31,949 nucleotides of DNA, from the NCBI RefSeq assembly GCF_006345805.1, contig NW_021832147.1, positions 1 through 31,949 on the forward strand, written 5' to 3'. A program made the translations under genes and the position numbers. The notes under the pieces are model-generated. The model was not told the DNA's origin. It searched no databases and saw only the letters and a list, made by a program, of their open reading frames with translations. Positions within the stretch are counted from its first letter, which is position 1; each line of letters opens with the position of its first letter. The stretch comes from Octopus sinensis (lineage: Eukaryota). Of this stretch, positions 11,110 through 22,399 are shown in pieces.

Positions 11110-11611
11110 GAACGGAGTGGTGGAGATGATGACGGTGATGGTAATGGTATTGGTGGTGGTTGTTGTAGTGGTGGTGGTGGTGGTGGTGGCAATGACGGTG
11201 GTAGGAGCGGCAGAGCAAAGAATGGCAGTATTGGTGGTAGTGGTGGTGGTGGTGGTGTTGGTGGTGTAGGTGGCGGCGCGTGGAAAAAAAAAGAGAGAAG
11301 CTGTCACTTTCTCTTGTCTTCGCTTTCAAATAATTTTCAGAACTTAAGGGAGAGGAATAAAACAGAATTTGTGGGAGCTGACTGACTGACCTACCTCTCG
11401 GCATGCGCATGTGCGCGTATGTTTCAGTGTGGGTGCGCGTGTGTATTTGTGTGTGTGTGGTGTGTGTATGTGTATGTGTGTGTACTTGTGTGTGTGTGTG
11501 TGTGCTTGTGTGTGTGTGTGTGTGCTTGTGTGTGTGTGTGTATGTGTGTGTGTGCATGTGTGTGTGTGCTTGTGTGTGCTTGTGTGTGTGTGTGTGCTTG
11601 TGTGTGTGTGA

Positions 11612-11650
<39 letters not shown>
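11110..11650 (+). repeat. (GGT)n-rich block (11110-11270) and (TG)n block (11440-11650)
   Basis: Directly visible. Confidence 0.9.
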
Positions 11651-11652
<2 letters not shown>

Positions 11653-11809
11653 TTGTTTATTCACATTTCAGAAGCTTGTTTCCCAACCACATGGTTTAGG
11701 GTTCAGTCCCACAGCGTGGAAACTTGGAGAAAAAAGATTCCTATTTTAGTCACGGGTTAACCAAAGCCTGAATGGATTTGGTGGAAGACGAAAACTAAAA
11801 TAAGACCAA

Positions 11810-11841
<32 letters not shown>

Positions 11842-11844
<3 letters not shown>

Positions 11845-12012
11845 TTTTATTTACTTCAGTTATTTGACTGCGGCCATGCTGGAGCACCGCCTTTAGTCGA
11901 GCAAATCGACCCAGGACTTATTCTATCGGTCACTTATGCCGAACCGCTAAGTTACGGGGATGTAAACACACCAGCATCAGTTGCCAAGCGATGCTGGGGG
12001 GACAAACACACA

Positions 12013-12062
<50 letters not shown>

Positions 12063-12205
12063 CATACATACACATATACGGCGGGCTTCTTTCAGTTTCC
12101 GCCTTCCAAATCCACTCATAAGTCTTTTGGTCAGCCCGAGGCTAAAGTAGAAGACACTTGCCGAAGGTGCCACTGCGTGGCACCTTGGGCAAGTGGGACC
12201 GAAAC
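11842..12205 (-). mobile_element. CORE-type SINE (family A) with a local fold-back at 12156-12194
   Basis: Reverse complement of the family A tail and body, containing an 18-bp inverted duplication of the CORE motif. Confidence 0.85.
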
Positions 12206-12209
12206 CATT

Positions 12210-12440
12210 TGATATAGTGATCAAATGTTTGGATAGACATAAGCTCACTCCCTCTGTCAGATTGACGTTACCTGTACAGGTGGAACAGGTGCCACATGTC
12301 ACCTGTCGAAATGATTGCAAAGCAACGTGAAATGAAGTGCTTTGCTGAAGAACACAATGCAACGTCCGGTCTGGGAATCGAACCTACGATCTTGCAATCA
12401 TGAGCCCAACACCTTAACCACTAAACCATGCACCTTCACA
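12210..12440 (-). mobile_element. tRNA-headed SINE (family C-like)
   Basis: Reverse complement reads GGTGCATGGTTTAGTGGTTAAGGTGTTGGGC (A box) ... GTAGGTTCGATTCCCAGACC (B box) ... TGTGTTCTTCAGCAAAGCACTT. Confidence 0.7.
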
Positions 12441-12469
12441 CACGTGCATATACATATATAAATATATGG

Positions 12470-12650
12470 GCATGTTTTTTTCTCTCGTTTTTTCCCCATC
12501 TCCAGTTTTCTTTCTTCATTTCTTTTTATAAAAAGCATGGGTTCGAAACGTCAAAGACACCTCGTTTTTCCTGAGCGTCAAATTAATACATCTTATATGT
12601 AGCTCCTTCACCTGCCTCTGTCTTCTGTATTTTGCACAATTTTGGACTAT
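12470..12650 (+). mobile_element. Hammerhead-bearing element copy 4 (core decayed, 12521-12557)
   Basis: Reads UCUUU [UUAUAAA] AAGC AUGG GUUC GAAA CGUC AAAGA, followed by TTTTTCCTGAGCGTCAAA. Confidence 0.5.
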
Positions 12651-13314
12651 ATATATATATCCGTATGCATATGTACACACGTCTCTACACACGCACACAC
12701 ACACAAAGCCGAACAGTGAGAGAGAGTAGGGCAGATTGAGAAAGAGGCAGGATGAAGGACGAAAGCCAGGATGTGACTGACATCGAAAGCAGTCAACGAC
12801 ACACTTGTCACACGAACCAGTATGTCGTCGGGGGTTTTGCGCACTTAAATAAATAAACAAATAGTTGAGATATGTCAACATTATCACACTTCTCATATCT
12901 AATAGCATGTCTGATAAATAATATCGCGATCTGGATTGTGTTACCCTCTTAGACTATATGCTGAACCTGTTTGTGTAACGTGCATGAGATATAATGTGAT
13001 ATAATATATATATATATTATGTAAGTCTGTGTGTGTATGTTTGCTGGTATGGGTTCTGTGTGAGTACATATATATATATATATACTTTTTGAAAAGCAGC
13101 AGAAATATCGCAAAGACTGTTACTCAGAGTTTCACGTTCCCGTTCGTCGGGAGCGTGAATCTCTGAATATCAGTTTTTGTGGTATTTCTACTACTTTTTA
13201 ATAAAGCATATTACTCTACCTCTGGTATTTGAGTACTCTTTTTTCCACCTCGTTTCGCATTTATATGCTTACTCCGGTATCTCTCCCCCCTCTCTCTCTC
13301 TCAAAGAGACACAG

Positions 13315-13497
13315 TTGAAATTTAGAAAAAACAAAAGACGAAGACAGGTTATGAACAACAAGCACGTGAATTAGTTTGACGCTCAGGAAAATGGAAAAGT
13401 CTTTTACGTTTCGAGCCTATGCTCTTCAACAAAAAGAATAAGAGAAAATAAACAGGGAGAGAGAATGAAAAAACTTGTAGAATTCAGCGGTCCAGCA
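13315..13497 (-). mobile_element. Hammerhead-bearing element copy 5 (motif 13400-13437, two core substitutions)
   Basis: Minus strand reads UCUUU UUGUUGA A GAGC AUAG GCUC GAAA CG U A AAAGA, with TTTGACGCTCAGGAAAA adjacent. Confidence 0.6.
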
Positions 13498-14021
13498 TTA
13501 TATATATATACATTATCTCAGGCACGTTATCTCCATAAACAACAGGAGAATCTTCGAACTCCAGTCAGAAGTACGGCAGTTGCGGCGTAGCTATACGTCT
13601 TTCTATCTCACCTAACTTCCGAAAATCATAAAAATATGAGAAAACCGGCTAAGTCTTTAAAAATAAACCAGCTAAAGGACTCCTGGTGCATTTCAACTTG
13701 TTCTTTTTTTTATAAGTCTACCGGCGCGAACATAAAATGACGCACTGAATGATATCTCCTTCATCAGCTGTCAATTATAGATCATCGCAATTTCGTTACC
13801 TTTTTGACAGGACTTCTTTTAGTAATGCTGAGAAGCTTCGTCGCTACCAGGGAATGTCAAGGTTTACTTGTCTTACACGTCACAGAAAAATATTTGTCTC
13901 TCAGTCACCCAGGCAATCACATTTCTAGCCAGGGTTAAACAGAACCACCCATTTGTTATTTAGTTTATTAATAGGCGGGTGTTTGTTTGTCATTCCTTCT
14001 ATTCATTTTCTTTTGTATACC

Positions 14022-14427
14022 CTCTTTACTCTCTCACTTGTTTCAGTCATTTGACTGTGGCCATGCTGGAGCAGCGCCTTTAGACGAGCAAATCGACCCC
14101 CAGGACTTATTCTTTGTAAGCCTAGTACTCATTCTATCGGTCTCTTTTGCCGAACCGCTACGTTACGGGGACGTAAACACACCAGCATCGGTTGTCAAGC
14201 AAGGTTGGGGGGGGGGGCAAACACAGTCACACAAACATAATATATATATATATACACATATATTCGACGGGCTTCTTTCAGTTTCCGTCTACCAAATCCA
14301 CTCAAAAGGCTTTGGTCGGCCCAAGGCTATAGTATAAGACACTTGCCGAAGGTGCCACGCAGTGGGACTGAACCCGGAACCATGTGGTTGGTAAGCAAGC
14401 TACTTACCTCACAGCCTCTCCTGCGCC
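14022..14427 (-). mobile_element. Near full-length CORE-type SINE (family A)
   Basis: Continuous match to 29587-30000 including the head (GGAGAGGCTGTGAGGTAAGTAGCTTGCTTACC on the minus strand). Confidence 0.9.
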
Positions 14428-14514
14428 TATGTATATTAAATATTTGTTTATTAATTATGTGTATGTGTGTGTACATATATGCATGCGCGCACTGACACAC
14501 ATACATACACGTAT

Positions 14515-14654
<140 letters not shown>

Positions 14655-15358
14655 GTACACAAGCATACATGTAAACACAGCTTCATTACTGAGCCGTTCT
14701 TGTCACCATCTCTCATCTGCTTCTAGACAAGATCGTATTACCCTATGGCCTGGCATGTTTTTCACGGAAGACTGGAGATGAATAACGTCGCTTGTACGAC
14801 GTTGATGCTCGTTTACACCCATCACGTGATGTTAAGACAAAGGTACACAGAAACATACACTCGTTTGCATGTGTGTGAGGATATCTATAAATGAAGAGTT
14901 TTGGAGCTGTAGTGGTGGTGATGGTGGTAGTGGTGTGTGTGCGTGTGCTTGCGAGTTGTTTATTTTTGATGTTGGTGTTGTGTATGTCTGCGATGTTATG
15001 ACGAGTGGCAAATACATTTTAGCCGGAAAAAAAGAGGAAGAGAGAAAGAGAGACAGACACAGAGAGACAGGAAGATTCAGACAGACAGACAGACAGACAG
15101 ATGGAGGTCGCTTTGCGCAGACATACCTCTACGTGTGTCATGTGATGCCGAGTTAAGGTCACTACTAGCTTCCACCCAGGTAGCTCGGTTTTGATTCACG
15201 TCACGAGAGTGCTTTATGGTTTAATGGTATTGCACCAGCATGGCTACAGACTAACAGATCGCAACTGGTAAAAGAGGAAAGTCAAACACACACACGCAGA
15301 TACAAACGCATAAATACATACATACATACATACATACATACATACATACACACTTGCC

Positions 15359-15427
<69 letters not shown>

Positions 15428-15548
15428 ATGTATGTATGTATGTATGTATGTATGTATGTATGTATACACAAGCACACATGCATCCATGAATATTTGTATG
15501 TGTGCATGCTTGCATACATATCTATACACAACAATATATACATTATTT

Positions 15549-16578
15549 GAAAGAAAAAGAAAAGAATGAAGAAAGAGAGAGAAAGCAAGAAAGAGAGAGG
15601 GATATCTATAGTGAATGGAGAGAAAGAGGGATAAAGAGAAGAAATGAAATAAAAAGTGACTGAAGATGACAGGTAAATGGAAAAAGCAGACGATATAGAG
15701 AGAAATGGGAAGAATTGAAAGAAAAAGGAAGAGGTAGTCTAAATGAAAGAAGCAGACGATAGATTGATAACTGGAAGGGAGAGGACAGGCAGAGAGAGAG
15801 AGAGACAGACATGGACAGAGGAATGAAAGAGAGAGAAGTTAGATAGAGAGAGAATGATGAAAGCAGAAGATAGAGAGACAAACAACCAGGAAGAAAGAAA
15901 ATGGAAACGAAGATAAAAAGAGAAGCGGAAGGAAAAATTGGTAGATAGAGAGAAAGAGAAATAGAGAGGTAAAAAGGTAGAAGGACAAACAGAAGGAAAG
16001 AGAGAAAAAGAAAGAGTGTGTGTGTGTGTGGGGGGGAGAAATGAAAGAAGAAACCGAAAATAAAAGAAACTGAAAGGAGAGAGAGAGAGAGAGAGGTGAT
16101 AGGGAGAAGGTAATAAACAGGAAGTGAGAGGAAATTGAATGTAGAAGGGAGATACAACGATGAAAAGGAAGGTAGGATGAAAGAGAAAGAGAGAGAGAGA
16201 GGAGGGGAGGAAGGAAGGAAGAAAGAAAGAAAGGAAGGAAGGAAGGAAGCAAGGAAGGAAGAAAGGAAGAAAGAAAGAAAGAAAGGAAGGAAGGAAGGAA
16301 GAAAGGAAGGAAGAAGGAAGGAAGAAAGGAAGAAAGAAAGAAAGAAAGAAAGGAAGAAAGGAAGGAAGGAAGGAAGAAAGAAGGAAGAAGAAGGAAGGAA
16401 GAAAGGAAGAAAGGAAGAAAGGAAGAAAGGAAGAAGAAGGAAGGAAGGAAGGAAGGAAGGAAGGAAGAAAGAAAGGAAGAAAGGAAGAAAGAAGAAAGGA
16501 AGAAAGGAAGAAGGAAGGAAGAAAGAAGGAAGAAAGGAAGAAAGAAAGGAAGAAAAGAAGAAGAAGAAGAAGAAGAAG
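15549..16578 (+). repeat. ~1-kb polypurine (GA/GAA/GGAA) tract
   Basis: Nearly pure purine over 16201-16578 and purine-dominated back to 15549. Confidence 0.95.
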
Positions 16579-16596
16579 CTTGATAAAAGCGAGTGC

Positions 16597-16602
16597 TCTT
16601 AC
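16597..16602 (-). promoter_or_regulatory. 5' splice donor GTAAGA (phase 1) of RhoU/V exon 1
   Basis: Minus strand reads TAT TCA G|GTAAGA. Rho homology stops exactly here and low-complexity sequence follows. Confidence 0.9.
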
Positions 16603-17188
16603 CTGAATAGTTATCGAATGCTGTTGGTACGTATTCCGTTGGATATCCATTTGTCGTGTAACTAACAATTAAACTGGTTTTGCCTATAGCACCGTCGCCA
16701 ACCAGCACACACTTTACTTTGGGGGGCTGTTGACCCTGTTGGTCTTGTCCATCTTCTGCTTGTTGTTGTTGTTGCTGTTGTTGCTGTGAGTGTTGTTGAT
16801 GTTGTTGGTGTTGATGTGGAAGGTGTAGGCGGTGTTCTAAGGGCGATGGCATGATCGATGCTGACGATGTTGATGATGATGACGCTGATGAAGAAGAAGA
16901 AGAAGAAGAGGCGCCATTTCCGTAGTCGGATGTAGACGCCGAAAAGGAGGGCGATGGTAACGAAGACACTCCGCTGCTACTACCACCAGCACCACCACCA
17001 CCGCCACCACCACCACCACCACTACTGCTACCACCCCCACCACCCCCACCCCCACCGCTGCTACCGCTAACACCACTACTGCCACTAATACCACTGCTCG
17101 GTCCACCGCCACCACCGCCGCCGCCACCGCGTTTTACGGAGAATAAGTTACTGCTCTGCTGTTGATCCATAGTTGCCTGTGGAGGCAT
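16603..17188 (-). CDS. RHOU: First coding exon (586 nt, 195 codons + 1 nt) of an atypical Rho GTPase, RhoU/RhoV (Wrch-1/Chp) family
   Basis: ATG at 17188-17186 with A at -3 and an in-frame upstream TAG at 17305-17303. Translation starts MPPQ, like vertebrate RhoU, and ends [39 protein letters not shown]. This contains the P-loop GDGAIGKT and the RhoU/V-type TTNGYPTEY and PTAFDN motifs (Cdc42/Rac have TTN(K/A)FP and PTVFDN). The exon ends at CAG|GTAAGA. RhoU versus RhoV cannot be resolved; invertebrates typically have one RhoUV gene. Confidence 0.93.
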
Positions 17189-17228
17189 TCTTCTGCACAC
17201 AGCACCACCACCCACGCTTCTTTCACAC

Positions 17229-17234
17229 TCACAT
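17229..17234 (-). promoter_or_regulatory. ATG-TGA start-stop element in the presumed 5' leader
   Basis: Minus strand ATGTGA, ending 40 nt before the RhoU ATG. It is the only ATG between the upstream in-frame stop (17303) and the main ATG. The TSS is unknown. Confidence 0.4.
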
Positions 17235-18540
17235 CCACACACACAACCCTCCCCTACTTCAACCGCCACCGCTACAGCAGAACCAACAACCAACAACAAC
17301 AACTACAACACCAAACAACTACCACTATCACTACAAGCTAGCTAACTTGGTAATATAAAACCCACACGCAATAAACGTTCCCTTTACAACCCCAAAATAA
17401 AAAGAGGCCAAACTACATATATATATATATATATCAACTAAGATTTCATTGAAAAAAAAAAGAATTAAATATGCTATACACACCCACCTCTTTACTTTGA
17501 TTTCACCCCGGGTATTTCCAGTAACCGGTTTATTAATCTAAATATCTTAGACCGTCAACAACATTTAGTAGTCGTAATAATAATAACAATAATAATAGTA
17601 ATGATTGATTAATGAGAACAGTGGTAACAATAGTTGAAGTTGTTGTAAATTATTTGTAAATATAAGCAGTTCAACTCACAACAGCAACGAATGTCGGCAG
17701 TAGAAAAAAAATTGTCGAATAAATGATAATTTATAATTAACAAGTTATCGATTATTATAGCCGTGCGATTGATTTATAAGAGGAAATCGAAGGCAGGAAC
17801 ACACATATATATAAACATAAATATATATATCTGTAGTGTGTGACTATGGCGTATGTTTATTATATAAAGTATGTGTACGTTTTGTAATTCAATGTGTGTC
17901 TTTTGGCTGGTTGACTGGCTGGTTCGTTGGTTGGTACATATTTTTCTTATGTCCGTGTCAATATTTCGTAGGGGTGCGTATATACACGTATGTTGTTTAT
18001 AGAGTAATACAGAATCTTGTCTTTTGTAAAATCCCTTTTCACTTGATCATATGTAAATATAGAGGTATACAATGATATGTTTTCTTTCGTTTTATATTTC
18101 GTTTCGGCAAATTGATCCGGTTTTATATTTTGCTTCTATTTGGTCTCTTTTTTTGTCTTTTTAAACAATTCCAAGTTTTGACTGGCAGAAGATCTTCAAA
18201 GGAACTTTAGACTTCTTTTCATTGACCAATCCAACGATGACGCTAAAAGAAAGAATATAAGAAAAAAACAAACATAAATAAAAAGCAGATTCACGTAAAT
18301 ATATTTGATATAGAAACACACAGACGTATAAAAAATAAATCAATAATCTATGTCGTATGGTATTTAATATACCTGTATTCGTCTATGTTATTCAAATACG
18401 TGCCAAGGGCACTCTGAGTTATTTCCCTTGACTTATTTTGTTTTGTTTAAATTATGCAAATTAATCTTGACCATAAATGTGTTTAAATATTTTTGAATAT
18501 ATCCAGATCCTCTGGTTACTGAAGATGAAATTGGACAATT

Positions 18541-18585
18541 GTCGTGCCGATGACGCTTATTGAGGTAGAAACATTTGTCCACGAC
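18541..18585 (+). ncRNA. Hammerhead-like motif of a second family with a GUC site
   Basis: Reads GUCGUG CCGAUGA CGCUU AUUG AGGUA GAAAC AUUU GUC CACGAC. Stem I is a perfect 6 bp (GUCGUG/CACGAC). Helix III is AC/GU closing AUUU. Stem II is weak and the core has U4C. Confidence 0.5.
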
Positions 18586-19881
18586 TGCCCCCTAATCTCT
18601 AGGCAATAAGCCGGTCATGTTCTTGAAGGGCATGTCAGCTTTGGATTATTCTTGATTCTTGGGATAAGTATCACCCCCTCTCAAGTGCAGCCGGTGTTAA
18701 TTGCCACTTGGTAGTCATAATACCTCTCCTTAAAACAGAGATAATTTCAATGAATCAAGAATTATGTTATACAGTATTTGATGTACCTGTATTTCTCTAT
18801 TTACATTTTAAAGGCTCATAAGAAGCTTTAACAGCTCTGAGCGCACTGTTTCTTATTGCAGAAACATCTGTAAGCTGGTGAAGTTGATTATGAGATTTCT
18901 GACAGTCCGCAAATATTGTGCACGCTATGCTAAATCAATCAATGGCTTAAAACGCCGTAGATTCTGGTTATGCAAAAACGTGGTAGTGATAGTGAGGGGT
19001 AGTTGGAGGGAAGGACCCTTTCTCTCTTGCTTCCCCTCTTCTCCCGTGATTTTTCAGAGTTGTGATTTTTTTTCGAAAATCTTTTGAGATTTATGTTTTT
19101 AGAAATGTTACGCACGCATTTGCTTTTTGAAAGAAAGATAATTTCAGGTGTTTAAAGGCGTTAATCTGAAATAAATAGATAAATGTACGAACGTTTCAAA
19201 AGAAAGGAAAGACAGAAAAAATTCCTGAGCCAAAACATCCTCACCACGGCATGTTTTTTTGTTTTTTGGGGGTTTTTTTTTTGCCGAATCGTAATCAAAG
19301 ATGTTTCAAATAGATATCTGCAAAGAAATTACCGGCTTTGACGCATCAAATAATTTGCGACGCTGTTGTATAGGAAAACCATACACGCGTGTATGCACAT
19401 CTATAATGCGTGAGTGTGAATGCTTATGTATGTATGTATGTATGTATGTATGTATGCATGTGTGCATGACAGAGTGAGAAAGGCTACGACTGTGCGTGTG
19501 TGTGTGTGTGTGTTTCCCTATCGTCCACAGATCTCGGAAACAGACGTAAAACAGATGCCGATGCAGCATTAATGAACCGAAAGAGTAATTAAAAACTGCC
19601 AATCAAATGATATTAATCGATGCTTGTTCGCAGTTTCCGTTGTTGCTTAAAACACCCAGGTGAACTCTGACTCAAAGACACTCCAGAAGAGACCAACCCG
19701 TCTTTATTTCACAAACTCTATCTAGGTCTACGTTACTAGTATTATTTTTCATAAGACGGTAACACATGATTTTGGGAGATTTGCTACGCAGATCAAATGG
19801 AATCAGGTTTGGTACATTTTCCAGATAGAACTCCGTCACGACTACAATCCCAAACGCACGGAAATTACATTCAACATTATA

Positions 19882-20550
19882 GTGTGCCTTCCTCCCCCCA
19901 GCCACTTTGTTTCCTCATAACTTTCAGAAAAAAATATTTTTTTTAATGAAATTATCTACAAATATGCTTCAGATGTTGTAGATTCTGGTCATTTCGGAAT
20001 TTGTTATAGCAAAAGAATTTCCGACGGTGGGGGAGAGGAGATTCGGAAAATTCACACAAGTTGACTTTGTTTCCTCATAACTTTCAGAAAAACGGGTAAT
20101 GTTTAAGGAAATTTTCTAGAAACAACTTTCAGAATGCTTCGATTACAATTATATTGGAATTTAATATGTGAAAAAAAAAAAAAAAGAAAAAAGAAAAAAA
20201 TGCTACGAAATAAAACTTGAAATTTCTAAAAATATTTGATATGTGTCGGTGTGTACGTGTGCGTGTTCACCATTTTCCTTTTCACACCAAATTCCGATAC
20301 AATGTGTAGAAAATATCATTAAAAAAAACAAAATCAACAACAACTCATTTTTCTGAAAGTTATGAGGTAACAAATGCTGACTTGTGTGAATTTTCTGAAA
20401 CTCCTCTCCCCATCTACTGGGGGCATCTTTTCACAAGAAATTCCGATATAATCAAAATCTTCACCATCCGAAGATTATTCGCAGAAAATTTCATTAAAAA
20501 TATGGATTTCTCTGAGAGTTATGAGGGAATAAAGTCGAATGGGGGGCACA
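19882..20550. mobile_element. Foldback-type palindromic element with 160-nt subrepeats in each arm
   Basis: ACTTTGTTTCCTCATAACTTTCAGAAAAA is an exact direct repeat at 19904-19932 and 20064-20092, with inverted counterparts starting at 20348 and 20507. The inner arm ends at 20148-20162 and 20289-20303 are complementary. Confidence 0.75.
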
Positions 20551-22399
20551 GGTTTGTAAGTATGCTTATAATTGATAAGATTATGTACAAGCGTGGATAA
20601 CAGCAGTGTGTTTGTATAATACACATACCAATGGAAACAAGCTGTCCACAGTCAGCGAGATCGGTAATATTTGATGATAATGCAATATATAAACATATAT
20701 TCAGGTATTTTTCCAGGGAACCCGATGCCACTAAGGTAGTTCTCTCTCGCTGTTCTTTCTAGCTGGTCAGGTGATACACGTAAGGGCTTTCCTTTTTATA
20801 TGTTTTAGCACAGGTTCTCTGTGTCGGCGTGTTTGCCTGGTTTATTGCAGAAATTAAATCTTATAGAAAATATTTTTTTAAAAATAATAATAATAATAAC
20901 AGCTCTACATACAGTTCTTTGATGTGACAGGTGACAGGAGGATCTTGTCGAAGGATTATAAAATACAACGCTCAGCGATGAGGTGCGACTGACTACGTGA
21001 TACCGGAATTAGTAGCGCTTTTCCGCCGTTGCACTTTAAAACAATTGTATAGGTAGGAACAAGATCTAAGAGAGAGGAGGGGGGAGGGAGAAGAGTGGGG
21101 GGGGGGGTCATAGAGAGTTGAAGAAGGGGTTGTGGTGATGGTGGTAATGGTGGTGGTAGTGGTGGTGGAAAATTGCGGGAAGCTGTCTCTTACATGCATT
21201 TCTGACCTAAATGAAATAGAACATGCACCGATGGAGAATCGAAACCGTATCATATACATTTGATTTTTTTAAGGTGATTACCTGTTTTAACAAATATTAT
21301 TCAGTTTTACGAACGCAATCAATCTGAATTTCTGTTGTTTTTCGTGTTTTTATTCGCTAGATTTGGTCATTTGTGATGATTGGGAGACTTTCTCCATGAT
21401 TATCGATAATTTAATCGAATGGAAATTGAAACCGTAACGCTGATCTGGTACGTCGACAGCCCCTTCCCCCATATCGGCTTGTCCACGAGCCTAGAAGCAG
21501 GTTTATATGTGGTCACTCGACGTGTTAGAAATAGCAGTCAAATTCTCCACTCTTTCAAATCACTTTACCATCTTCGAAATAATAATAATAATAATAATAA
21601 TAATATAATAATAATAATAATAATAATAATAAAAGACCGTAGATATATTGAGCTTGAAATAAAGACGGAATGTCATGGTTGGATTGGCTTTCATCGTAAG
21701 CCTGATCAGAACTCACCTGCGATGTTCTCGGTCTTCAAACAATAAATGAAATGAAATAAAATATAATAAAATAAAATTGCTTGATATTCTTTTCCTTCGT
21801 GCCCCAGGAAGGGAATATGGGAATTTGTGGCATTCATGCCTCGTCCAAAGAGACTCGAAGATGAGTCGAAAACTGCACCACCTTAATTTATTAAGGTATC
21901 ACCGGGGACTTAACCGCTCTCATTTTGCGATGTTCAGCCACAATTAATGGTGAATATCGATTACTGAGCATGACATAAGGTGTCAGACAGATCGATAACT
22001 TAAAGCTAGATGGCTGCGTCCGTAAAGTTATGGCCATCATGCCTTTTTTTAAGGACGTCGAGCGATACCTGAAGAGGAAACAGCTCACGAAGACATGTTT
22101 GAAAAGGAAAAAAAAAGGGAGAAAGAGGGACAATAGGAAGGAAAGAGGAGGGCCTCGATGTAGTAGTTTATTAGAAATAGCAGCCAAATCTTCTATAAAT
22201 CACACACTGCAATTGTAAAGTGGGAGGGTGACCTTCGATAATTTAGTTTTAGTGGTAGAAATAAATATATTAGCAGAATGATAGATAGATAAATAAAACG
22301 GCTGGAACGTCGGTGATCAAAGGTTTTTGTTAATCAAAGCTAAACAACATATATCTATGAGTGGTCGGCAGGTAAGAAATGTCGACAACGGGCGACGAT

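Noticed and set aside
15839-16602. Continuation of the 487-aa ORF beyond ...FDNYSG
   Set aside because: Homology ends at a GTAAGA donor. The rest is the translation of a CT/TTCC tract (intron).
16135-16665. K/E/R-rich plus-strand ORF (176 aa)
   Set aside because: It is the translation of the GGAA/GAA polypurine tract antisense to RhoU, with no coding signature.
17189-17302. 38-codon N-terminal extension from the ORF-track start at 17302
   Set aside because: The start codon is TTG, not ATG. The first in-frame ATG gives MPPQ, matching the RhoU N-terminus.
17354-17360. TATAAAA box near the RhoU start
   Set aside because: It is on the + strand, pointing away from the gene, in AT-rich sequence, and there is no TSS evidence.
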